From Candidatus Poribacteria bacterium (lineage in GTDB: Bacteria > Poribacteria > WGA-4E > PCPOR2b): a stretch of DNA of 64,000 bases. Positions 1 through 8,819 of the stretch are shown here, piece after piece. How positions within the stretch are numbered: position 1 is the first letter of the stretch; every line of letters starts with the position of its first letter. Where the stretch lies: NCBI GenBank assembly GCA_965215015.1, contig OZ244042.1, positions 2,528,001 to 2,592,000 of the forward strand. The letters are read 5' to 3'. The notes beneath the pieces were generated by a model. It worked only from the letters and a program-made list of their open reading frames with translations. It did no database searches and was not told the DNA's origin. The position numbers were made by a program, and so were the translations under genes.

Positions 1-345
1 TACGGCACAGAGGCTATGCAGCAGGCAATCAACTTGGCGTTTGAACATCTCGGCGTGGACACCTTTGCGCTTCAAGTTGATGTTGATAACTATGGTGCCT
101 TTCTCTGTTTCGAGAGGTGTGGGTTGGAGTGCGTTGACCAAGGGACTTACAGGAACTCGGAGTGTTATCTCATGGAGACGCGCCGCGAAGTCTGGGAAGG
201 TGTTAGATCTGCCGAGTCAATTCCAGAACCCGATGACCGTGAAGCACCGGCTGTTTGGAACCCTGATACAACTGAGGAGGGATCCAGTCCCTATCTCACT
301 GCGAAGCTGTTGTCACCCTTAAAGGAGCTTGTTTCAAATCGCTGA
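1..345 (+). CDS. GNAT acetyltransferase (RimJ/RimL-like), 5'-partial
   Basis: Frame open from base 1: YGTEAMQQAINLAFEHLG...VDVDNYGAFLCFERCG matches GNAT motifs A/B. Confidence 0.75.
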   Translation, partial: YGTEAMQQAINLAFEHLGVDTFALQVDVDNYGAFLCFERCGLECVDQGTYRNSECYLMETRREVWEGVRSAESIPEPDDREAPAVWNPDTTEEGSSPYLTAKLLSPLKELVSNR

Positions 346-354
346 ATGTGAGAC

Positions 355-1350
355 TTATTCCTCCACCAATTCAAAAGATTCTAATTCAAACGTGACATCA
401 ATGGTAACATCATCGCGTGTCTGAGATTGAGTGAATTTAACAATGCCAACATTGGGGGCAAGCCATTTCTGCGCTACCGTCGTGTCGAGGGGGTGATCGA
501 AAATACTCCACGTAAACGACTCCTGCACCTGAAATACGTTCTCGAACGTGCCTGCCGGCACTGTCAGGGTCTCCTCTGAAAGCACCTCAAACTCATCAGT
601 ACCACCACCGACCGAGAAGAACAGTTCGGGGGTCAATTTTACCTGAAAATTTGTTTGCCATTTATTTTTCGGAATCAGCGGAAAATTGTAAAGCGGCAAA
701 AAAGGATAGAAAACAATTGTATCTTCCGTGCCGGAGGTAACATTCTGAGCGTGCTGCAGGATTCCCTTGACAACGCCATTTTCAATTTTATGACCTAAGT
801 AAGAAAAATTGATGATGCCTTCTAGCCCTTCATCAGGACTCGATTTCTGCAAGACGTAGCTTTTGACTGTTCGATCGCTGGTGACTTCGATCTCGATCGC
901 GTCAACGATTTCAAAGATAACCCGATTTCCTTCATCATCGCGATAGTGCCACGTATTGCCAACAGCGAGTGGGTAGTAATCCCCCGGACGAGTCCGCCAC
1001 ACACGGATGTCGATGGTGCTGGTGGTCGATTTCCTTCCATCGCTTACGGTGGTTTCAATCAGGTATTTTCGCTCCTCTTCGGGCGCAGTCCAAATCGCAC
1101 CGAGATCATCGCCACGAATCGTGCCGCCGGTCGCATACCATTCAACGGACAGTTTATCGCCATCAACGTCAACGGCTTTGAGGGTGATACTGACTTGTGC
1201 GCCGGGTTCAACGATATCGGATTCAGTTTTGAAGACAGAAATCCTTGGTGCGAAATTATCGTCACGATCGCCCTCACTACACCCCAGAATTAGGAAAAGA
1301 GAGATTGTTAGAAGCACAGGCAACAGATTCAGTCCCTTAATTAAAAACAT
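355..1350 (-). CDS. Lipoprotein with Ig/PKD-like domain, function unknown
   Basis: Lipobox LILGC; DVDGDKLSVEW...VSDG Ig-like pattern; ATG at 1350 has GAAGGGG RBS (track start 1371). Confidence 0.75.
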   Translation of the reverse strand: MFLIKGLNLLPVLLTISLFLILGCSEGDRDDNFAPRISVFKTESDIVEPGAQVSITLKAVDVDGDKLSVEWYATGGTIRGDDLGAIWTAPEEERKYLIETTVSDGRKSTTSTIDIRVWRTRPGDYYPLAVGNTWHYRDDEGNRVIFEIVDAIEIEVTSDRTVKSYVLQKSSPDEGLEGIINFSYLGHKIENGVVKGILQHAQNVTSGTEDTIVFYPFLPLYNFPLIPKNKWQTNFQVKLTPELFFSVGGGTDEFEVLSEETLTVPAGTFENVFQVQESFTWSIFDHPLDTTVAQKWLAPNVGIVKFTQSQTRDDVTIDVTFELESFELVEE

Positions 1351-1501
1351 AGTAGGGTCCCCTTCATTCATAAATATAGAAGAGTTGCCGCCCCGATAAA
1401 ATCGGGACTCAACGCAAACATAAAACGCTGGAGTGGGTGAAAAGATTACAATGTTATACTACAAAATATACTGAAATGTTGCGAGAAAATAGTACTGTTA
1501 A

Positions 1502-2581
1502 TCAGCCCAGCTCCCAACCGTATTCCCTTGCCGGGATGTATGAAAGCTGCCCGCTTTTGAGCATCAACTCAAGCGGAGACGCTTTCTGAGTCAATGGGAA
1601 CGCAATCTTGACTTTGCCAAGCCGTTCCGATTCGTAGGCGGCGAGGCACATCTCCAAAGCAGCACGACCATCGTATCCGCTGGAGACGTTCTCTCTATCC
1701 TCGTCGAGGCAAACCACCATTTCCCACGCGCCTTCGCTCGGTACATTTCCTGTCGAATTCCCGATAATCTCACTGCCTATCGCCTCAATCTGCTCTCCCT
1801 CACGGAAGTCTCCCAAGTCCTCGTCCTTCTTCCAAAGCCGAATCAGTGGTTGCCAACCACGGTGCGGACGAACCTCTATCTTTCCTTCACTTCCCTCAAG
1901 AATGAAACAACCGTCTAATCGGTAATTCCAGTGTCCACCAGTCATGAACAGTGCAGTGACGCCATCATTGAGACCAAAAAAGCTCATAACCCGTTCACGT
2001 CCATCACGCCGATCAACAGTCGCGATAACCCACTCCGGATCTCCGCTGAACCACCGAATGGCGTCGCAAGTGTGCGTCCCGTTGTGCAGCAGCGTACTAG
2101 TATCACCGTAATTCTGAGCCTCGATATGTAACAAGGTCCCAATGTCACCGTCATCCACCATCTGCTTGACACGACGCCAATTCGGTTCATATCTCATAGT
2201 GTGATCAATCGCTAGTTTCGTTCCAGACCGCTCGCACGCTTCGACGACTCGGTCCGCATCTTTCATGTTCAATGCCATCGGCTTTTCGCAGAGGATTGCT
2301 TTAGCTCCTGCTTCTGCTGCTGCAATTGTCGGTTCCACATGCTCCCGGTTGTGCGTTGTCACGCCGACGATATCAAGCCTTTCTTTGCTTAACATTTGTT
2401 GCATGTCGGTGTACGACGATGGAATCTCAAATCTTCCAACGAGCGTGTTTACCTTCTCTTCAAGGATATCGCAGGCGGCAACAACCTCCACGCGGTCATG
2501 CAGTTGCTGAAACGCCGTTGCGTAATATGTCCCAATGCTGCCACAACCGATAATTCCGACGCGATACTTCGTTTTGGGCAT
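1502..2581 (-). CDS. Gfo/Idh/MocA family oxidoreductase
   Basis: GIIGCGSIG Rossmann motif, CEKP motif, HNGTH. Confidence 0.92.
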   Translation of the reverse strand: MPKTKYRVGIIGCGSIGTYYATAFQQLHDRVEVVAACDILEEKVNTLVGRFEIPSSYTDMQQMLSKERLDIVGVTTHNREHVEPTIAAAEAGAKAILCEKPMALNMKDADRVVEACERSGTKLAIDHTMRYEPNWRRVKQMVDDGDIGTLLHIEAQNYGDTSTLLHNGTHTCDAIRWFSGDPEWVIATVDRRDGRERVMSFFGLNDGVTALFMTGGHWNYRLDGCFILEGSEGKIEVRPHRGWQPLIRLWKKDEDLGDFREGEQIEAIGSEIIGNSTGNVPSEGAWEMVVCLDEDRENVSSGYDGRAALEMCLAAYESERLGKVKIAFPLTQKASPLELMLKSGQLSYIPAREYGWELG

Positions 2582-2608
2582 ACTTCATCCCCCTGCCTGT
2601 GGTGCTTA

Positions 2609-2842
2609 TCAGTTTAACTTCACCAATACCTGTATCGCCTCAAGCTTTGTTCTCATATACCGATTATCGTCCCCAATAACTTCGATAGGAGTGGATACGG
2701 CACGCTTAGCCCCTAACTTACCTGAGGAGTGCTCATAATAATTGTCCGAATCACGAATTAAACTGATGAAGCGGAGTGCACGGATTCTTGCCCCGAAAAT
2801 ACCCCTGAGGACCGGCGTTGCTGCATTCAAGCGTTTCATCAT
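2609..2842 (-). CDS. Small hypothetical protein containing a 9-bp-period repeat tract
   Basis: Strong RBS (AAAGGAG) before ATG; co-oriented between cyclase and oxidoreductase; no recognised family. Confidence 0.35.
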   Translation of the reverse strand: MMKRLNAATPVLRGIFGARIRALRFISLIRDSDNYYEHSSGKLGAKRAVSTPIEVIGDDNRYMRTKLEAIQVLVKLN

Positions 2843-2887
2843 GACTTTCTCCTTTAAGCCCTCCCAGGAAAACAGCGGAAACCCGGC

Positions 2888-3850
2888 TCAGCGGATCGCA
2901 ATCGGATTGCCCGGAGATCCGGTGGCACCTTTCAGCTTCAGCGGCGCAAAAATAAAGGCGAACTCGTAGACCTTATCTGCTGCAAGCTCTGCGGTGATAA
3001 GATTCTCAATGTTATAAATGCCGTTTTTGGCAATGAACAGTTGATGAACAGGGGCAAAAATTGATTCGTCAGGATTCGGGATCACCTCGATCGCCCAGTT
3101 ATCCGCACCCGCCATAACAATCTGTTTATCAACCAGATATTTGCCCGCCTCCATGCCGATACCGGGCTCCGATCCGTTATAGCGCTCATTGTCCGTCATC
3201 CAAAATTTACCCCAACCGGTATGAGTAATGACCACATCGCCGGCCCTTATCTCCACGCCTTGCTTTTTTAATGCACCTTCTATATCTTCAATAGTGATTT
3301 CGTAGCCGCCCTCCAGATGCTCGACACCTTTATAACCAGCAACGTCAATGAGTACCCCACGGGTGACGAAAACGCCAACATTTTCCACACCCAGTTTCTT
3401 CAATCCATCGGGCTTGGCGAAGTCAAGTCGGTTGTTTCCGTTGTAGTAAAGATCGCCGATACCGATGTGTCCCAATCCATCGAATTGGGTGCCAATCTGT
3501 CCAATTTCGCCACTGACAATCTCATCATGCCACGTGACCTTGTTTTTATGGTCGGTGCTCCCGGTTTGCGGAATCAACAGGCTATAGTGGCGTGTTCCAA
3601 ACAGTGGCATGCCTGCTTCGTAAACCCGACCGAGTTGATAGATTTTTCCTTCCTTAATCAGACTAACAGCTTCTAAAACCTTCGTGGCTGTCAGCAGATT
3701 TGCCGCGCCGCGTTGATCATCTTTTCCCCATTTGGAGGGATACCAGTTGGATTCCTCCGTAAGGGTCCAAGTTGCTGTCAGCGCAATGAGTAACACCGCG
3801 GAACCTAAGATTGCGAAAAATTTGACGACGTTTTTGCGTTTGCGAGACAT
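2888..3850 (-). CDS. Cyclase family (kynurenine formamidase-like) metallohydrolase, exported
   Basis: WGKDDQRGAANL, GTQFDGLGH, GATGSPGNPIAI; N-terminal hydrophobic segment. Confidence 0.9.
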   Translation of the reverse strand: MSRKRKNVVKFFAILGSAVLLIALTATWTLTEESNWYPSKWGKDDQRGAANLLTATKVLEAVSLIKEGKIYQLGRVYEAGMPLFGTRHYSLLIPQTGSTDHKNKVTWHDEIVSGEIGQIGTQFDGLGHIGIGDLYYNGNNRLDFAKPDGLKKLGVENVGVFVTRGVLIDVAGYKGVEHLEGGYEITIEDIEGALKKQGVEIRAGDVVITHTGWGKFWMTDNERYNGSEPGIGMEAGKYLVDKQIVMAGADNWAIEVIPNPDESIFAPVHQLFIAKNGIYNIENLITAELAADKVYEFAFIFAPLKLKGATGSPGNPIAIR

Positions 3851-4010
3851 TGTTTTCTCCTTTCATTTGAGGGAATTCTATAACATTCGTCGTAGCGGAA
3901 GCTAATTGGTTCTATACTAGGTTCTGTTGACATTTATGTGAGTCGTATCCGTAATTTGTCGATTGCTCTTTGGCCAATTGAAAGGACACACCTTATATTG
4001 AGAGGAGTTC

Positions 4011-4039
4011 AGTGTAGCAAAATTCGTAGGTAAAGTCAA
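4011..4039 (-). promoter_or_regulatory. Sigma70-type promoter for cyclase gene
   Basis: TTGACT-17-TACACT with TG extension on minus strand. Confidence 0.6.
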
Positions 4040-4070
4040 ACAAATTTCTAAGGAGGAGGGTTTTGGATTG

Positions 4071-4184
4071 GGCTTATGTTAAGAGATTGTGCAAAGACAC
4101 CGAGCTTTTGGCAAGCCTGGGCGGGAACCCAACCCCGCTCCTACAGCTTCTCTTTGCGTTTTGCACTTTCTTTTAATATAAACG
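4071..4184. mobile_element. ~114-bp MITE-like element enclosing a GTAG REP hairpin
   Basis: Imperfect TIRs GGCTTATGTTAAGAGATTGTGCAAA / TTTGCACTTTCTTTTAATATAAAC; internal GTAGGAGCGGGGTTGGGTTCCCGCCC (minus). Confidence 0.65.
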
Positions 4185-4321
4185 TCCTTTTTATAAGCCC
4201 CTAGGTCGGTCTTCCTAGCCCGACTGCACTAATGAACCAACCAGGGGCCCTTAGTTGAAATTATTTGGAGGATTCGCCTCGCAGGGCGGTCATTTCCGCA
4301 CGAAGCTGTTCTAATTCAGAT

Positions 4322-4983
4322 TCAAGTTGTTGTCGGCGTTGGGTTGCTTCTTGGGCCATCCGGCAAATAGGGGCGTAACAACCTGACCTGAGTTGCCGGT
4401 TGATACTCCCAGCGGAGCCACATATTCAAAGCATGGCTGAACAACCCTCCTTGTGCATCGGGTTCGATTTCTTCAATTTCACCGGACAGACTTCGACACC
4501 ACCCACGGAACTCCGGAGGCTTGGCACCTTCGGGTTGATGCATAAAATACTCATCAACCTCAATCTCATAAGTATTGTCTGATTTTGTCGCCCCAGTCGT
4601 GAGCCTCTGTAGATTCGGAAAGAAATTCAAACACCACTGCAAGGACTGCCCCTTCCACCCAAGTGTAAAAACTTTGCCTTTCTGGAAACGACTCGGCACC
4701 TAAGACGACGTAGATATCAGGTGCCACAAATTTCCGGTAATCCCCTTCCCGGCAATAAATGAAAGCTGTCAATGCCGATGTAAGCGCGATTATCACTCCC
4801 CAAGTAATGCTTGAGTTGGTCACTGAGTGTAGTAATCTGTACGCCATGAAATCTCGTTGTGGACATGGGTTGGTCGTCCGCCGAGGGTTAGCCTTCAATG
4901 CCAACCGTTGGTTTGCCATTGGCTTTGGGAAAAATTGGCATCTGTTTTCTGCGCTTGAAGTCAAAGTCGGTTCGGGTATCCAT
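4322..4983 (-). pseudogene. Uma2 (DUF820) family endonuclease pseudogene
   Basis: RBS+ATG at 4983; IEG*PSADDQPM with TAA at 4888-4890; VAPDIYVV and VFEFLSEST in a second frame; EYFMHQP after another shift. Confidence 0.85.
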
Positions 4984-5006
4984 GATATTCCCCTCCCAAT
5001 CAGGGT

Positions 5007-7037
5007 TCAAAACTTAACCGTCAATTCACCCACGAACTGTTTTGCCCGATTGCGGCTGCCAAAGACTTCGTAGAGGTTACCAGAAGCATCAAAATAACGA
5101 CGCACAAAGTTACGGCTAGTCTCCGCCGGATTCAGATCGGTGTATTCCAACCACAGATTGACATCTGTGAATATATCCCAATTTCCCCCAACAGCCAGAG
5201 AACTTGCATCACCTTCCCCCTCCTGAGCTTGGCGGTTCAGATCTGGAAAGAGGGCCTGTTGATAGAGGTCTGTTGTACCGTCGATCCGTTCAGCATACAG
5301 ATTAAGTTCCTTGTAGTGGTAGGCATTGGGGTTTGTGATAAATTTCAGATTTGCAACGACAGTGTTCGTCAACGCTTGGGTCTCAAAATCGTAGCTATCT
5401 TCTTCCTTCGGCGGCGTTCTATAGCGTTCATCCTGTTCTCCGTAGGTAAAGACCTCCGCAAGGGTCAGGTTCCAGTTTTCTGAAAGATTATATGTCCAGA
5501 AGAAGGAGTTGTTCAACTGTAACAGATTCAATTGGTCATCAACATCCGCGTCCTCGTCGATATCCTCGTAATCTTCGAGAAAATCACTGTCCCGGTTGAC
5601 TGCCCTCGTATTATAAACCGCGTTCATGTGCGATGGCTTAATCGTAAAACCTTCGATAGAATATTGGCGAATGATTAAATCGCTGCCATCACGGAGGTAG
5701 ACGTGCCCACGGGGATCTAAGGTGAGGAAAGCGAGATCATGGTCTTCTGCACTCCGTCTGTCTATTTCATAAACCACGCGGCCTCTGTATCTTCCTGCAC
5801 TATTAAACCGCTGCACACGCGCAATGACGTTGTGATAAATTGTTTCACGTATCTCTTTAATCTTTAGATCTTCTTCTTCCTCCTTTTTGTTCTCATGTTT
5901 CTCGTCTTGTTCATCAAGATATTCGTTGAGATAACGGCGATATTCCGCTTCCTCAAGCAGACGAATCCGCCGGTGCAGGATCGCCAGATCTGACGCCTGC
6001 GAATTTGGGTTGAGAAAGCCAGAGCGCGGGCGAGCCGTATCAATGACTGAGCTGACAAGTCCTGTACCGGTTGAATAAACATCAGCGAGTCCCTGCCCGG
6101 ACGGTGAAACAACATCCAAGAAATTGGCGAGCGGGCTTCCCAAAAACCGTTTGAACTGGCTCTTATCTTTAACCAAAATCTCACCCGTTGGCAAGGTAAC
6201 AATAGCGATCGGTTTGATAAATTCACCGTCGTCCCGTCCCTTTTTCCCAAAGTCTAACATAAATTTCCCGTTCGCGTTAAACTTGACCAGACGATGGTTG
6301 CCGGTGTCCGCAATTAATACGTTCCCCTCCATGTCAATTTCGATATCTGAAGCATCGCTGTCAAATTCGCCGTTGCCTGCGCCGTACCTGCCAAAGGTGC
6401 TCAGTTTCTCTCCGTCTGCACCAAATTTGTGAACCCTTGCGTTTTTTGCATCCAGTACGTACAGTTGGCTCTGGCTATCCACATCGATGAGAACTGACCT
6501 GTCATAGTTCCTCGGTTGGTAGGCGAATGCCGTTTTGCCCTCCTCGTCAATCATCAAGCGCGTAGGCAGAACCACTTTGGGACGGACGTCAATCGCATCC
6601 ACAACGTAGGTGTGCAGTAATTGGCCATCGCTATTGAACTTGTAAACACAGGGACCAAACCAATAAAGTTTCGGATCCGCAGTTTCCGGGATATGATGGG
6701 GCACAGCCTGATCAACAACGTAGATATTTCCATTTCCATCGACGGCAACGTCACCCGGCTTTCTGAGTATACTGTCCACAGCTTTTTCTTTCGGAATTTG
6801 CATGATGAAACCACCCGTTGGTGACAGTTTCTGGACCAGCCGGTTATCTGCGTCGCTGACGTAAATATTGCCTATGTCATCAAATCCAACACGAATATTT
6901 TTGCTAAAAAATCCGTCCGCCGAGCCTTTTCCACTGAACTCTCGCTCAAACTTCAAAAACCCTACAGCAAATACTTCATCCGCCTGCCATACACACAGGG
7001 CAGCGGCAATAAGCAAAAGAACAATCAATTTTTTCAT
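5007..7037 (-). CDS. Exported NHL-repeat beta-propeller protein with putative C-terminal outer-membrane beta-barrel
   Basis: Signal peptide MKKLIVLL; repeats like GNIYVSDADNRLVQK and FGRYGAGNGEF; amphipathic strands ending GELTVKF. Confidence 0.85.
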   Translation of the reverse strand: MKKLIVLLLIAAALCVWQADEVFAVGFLKFEREFSGKGSADGFFSKNIRVGFDDIGNIYVSDADNRLVQKLSPTGGFIMQIPKEKAVDSILRKPGDVAVDGNGNIYVVDQAVPHHIPETADPKLYWFGPCVYKFNSDGQLLHTYVVDAIDVRPKVVLPTRLMIDEEGKTAFAYQPRNYDRSVLIDVDSQSQLYVLDAKNARVHKFGADGEKLSTFGRYGAGNGEFDSDASDIEIDMEGNVLIADTGNHRLVKFNANGKFMLDFGKKGRDDGEFIKPIAIVTLPTGEILVKDKSQFKRFLGSPLANFLDVVSPSGQGLADVYSTGTGLVSSVIDTARPRSGFLNPNSQASDLAILHRRIRLLEEAEYRRYLNEYLDEQDEKHENKKEEEEDLKIKEIRETIYHNVIARVQRFNSAGRYRGRVVYEIDRRSAEDHDLAFLTLDPRGHVYLRDGSDLIIRQYSIEGFTIKPSHMNAVYNTRAVNRDSDFLEDYEDIDEDADVDDQLNLLQLNNSFFWTYNLSENWNLTLAEVFTYGEQDERYRTPPKEEDSYDFETQALTNTVVANLKFITNPNAYHYKELNLYAERIDGTTDLYQQALFPDLNRQAQEGEGDASSLAVGGNWDIFTDVNLWLEYTDLNPAETSRNFVRRYFDASGNLYEVFGSRNRAKQFVGELTVKF

Positions 7038-7102
7038 TAGATAAGGGTCCCTCAAATGATTTAGTTGTATACATTGCACTTGATCTCACTTATATTGATG
7101 TT

Positions 7103-7215
7103 GGTTCATGCTACGGAATCGTGCAACAGAAACCGTAGGAACGAGGTTCCCCCGCCCGTACTTATCAAAAACTCGATTTCTCTAAGCGTTTCGCACTTTT
7201 TCGTTTGCATGAGCC
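7103..7215. mobile_element. ~113-bp MITE-like element enclosing a GTAG REP hairpin
   Basis: TIRs GGTTCATGCTACGGAATCGTGCAA / TTCGCACTTTTTCGTTTGCATGAGCC; interior aligns with reverse complement of 4096-4159. Confidence 0.65.
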
Positions 7216-7325
7216 CCATAGGGCGGACACCAATAAACAAATGTTTTTCACGTTGTTAGCGTTTTGCACTTTCTTTTGACGTAAACCTTGATGTTTATCT
7301 GGTAAATTCATTCATGTATGTACTC

Positions 7326-7354
7326 AGTATAGCACGAACTGTCCAAAAATTCAA
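7326..7354 (-). promoter_or_regulatory. Sigma70-type promoter for NHL gene
   Basis: TTGAAT-17-TATACT with TG extension. Confidence 0.55.
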
Positions 7355-7840
7355 GTCCATAGAATTTGGAGTTAGGAGCATTTAGCTCCTCTGTAGGTTA
7401 AAAACTTTCCCGGAACGGGATTGGAATGGAGAGGAATCTCCGAATCCTGACACCTCATTGTAAGAGCAATTTCCCGATCACGACTGATCCCACAAAACCG
7501 GCAGAAAGTTGATCGCAGCGAAATCCCAATCTTGTCGGTGCCGAAAACTAAATGAGGGGCACCCCTCAACTAAATAACCCTAATTTGTAGATGAATAGAT
7601 GTGTATGTTTAGAGACACACCCCCTATTCTCCCCCATCCCATATGTCACCCAATTGAGACACTTTTTCCTTTTCCTCCTGACTTGATATTTTCCTTCTGC
7701 GCTTGTAACTGGTCTCCAATCCTGCCTTCGTAAGGAATTGATGTTTTGGCATGTATCTTGCTCAACAATACAACACAGCTTTGAAATTTTTGTAAAATCG
7801 GTAAGCTGAAACGCAATCTGAAGTAAGGAGAGATAAGATT

Positions 7841-8584
7841 ATGCTAGTTCGCATGTCATTCACAATAACGATGTCTATTTTTTGGGCAGGATGGATCTGT
7901 TGCATTATGTTTGGTTGTAATAACCAGTCGGCGGCATCGCCTGCAGGATCTGAAATTCAAATTTTGCAAGTGGGTGTATTTCACGGCGACGAGGTCTCCG
8001 CAGAATCAGGCGAAGCCTGGCTGGGGTTGTATTCGACACCCGATGGGTACGTGCTGATTACTTCGAGGATTACAGTGGAAACCGTTTATGACCCGCTTGT
8101 GGATAATGCCCGGGAGATGACCGGGAAGGTAGTGTCAGTGGAGGAGCAAACGGCCCCGCTTTTCCTTATTAAGGGTTTGGAGGCACCGAAAAGAGAATTT
8201 ATCAAGACACTCTCCGCTGAGCAGACAATTTTGAGTCCGGGTAAGTCCCTCAACCTTAGATTGGAGGGCAAAAATGAATACCATTTGAAGGCTTATGGCG
8301 AAGGAGATATAGGACCGAATGGATTTACTTCACTGGAAAACTACAGCATTGAACTATCGAAGGGACAGTGTTCTCAGGAACTTCTCACATACGACTCAAC
8401 GAATGGTGCTATACCCACCCTGCTCTGGGGGGGAGATCTGGATGGAGATAACCAATTGGATTTGCTCATTAACGCAACCCCACATTACACCATATATTCT
8501 GCACCGGTACTGTTTCTTTCATCGATGGTGAAGGGCGGTAATTTAGTCCAGAGAGTTGCGACATTTATTGCTACCGGCTGCTAG
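7841..8584 (+). CDS. Hypothetical lipoprotein
   Basis: AAGGAG RBS; IMFGC lipobox-like; GDLDGDNQLD Ca-binding-type loop. Confidence 0.8.
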   Translation: MLVRMSFTITMSIFWAGWICCIMFGCNNQSAASPAGSEIQILQVGVFHGDEVSAESGEAWLGLYSTPDGYVLITSRITVETVYDPLVDNAREMTGKVVSVEEQTAPLFLIKGLEAPKREFIKTLSAEQTILSPGKSLNLRLEGKNEYHLKAYGEGDIGPNGFTSLENYSIELSKGQCSQELLTYDSTNGAIPTLLWGGDLDGDNQLDLLINATPHYTIYSAPVLFLSSMVKGGNLVQRVATFIATGC

Positions 8585-8758
8585 TACACATCAAGTAAGT
8601 CTATCGGGTAGATTTTCATCCAACCTTCCAACCTATCCGTAACAGCTCGGTTTCTTCCCTTTTTTTGAATCTCCTTCATGTTTTCCTGATTCCTGATGTG
8701 TCGCATCACCCTTCCCTGATTTCCCTTCAACATTTTCTAGATTCCATCGTCCAAAAAG

Positions 8759-8795
8759 AACCGTGCCAAAATTCGTTGGTACGGTTTTCGTTTTT
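8759..8795 (+). terminator. Intrinsic terminator-like hairpin just upstream of the ABC transporter RBS
   Basis: AACCGTGCCAA-AATTCG-TTGGTACGGTT followed by TTCGTTTTT. Confidence 0.55.
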
Positions 8796-8819
8796 GTGCT
8801 CCAGCAAGGAGGTTTTCTT

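Noticed and set aside
4888-4890. Recoded stop in Uma2 gene
   Set aside because: It is TAA and accompanied by frameshifts, so decay is the simpler explanation
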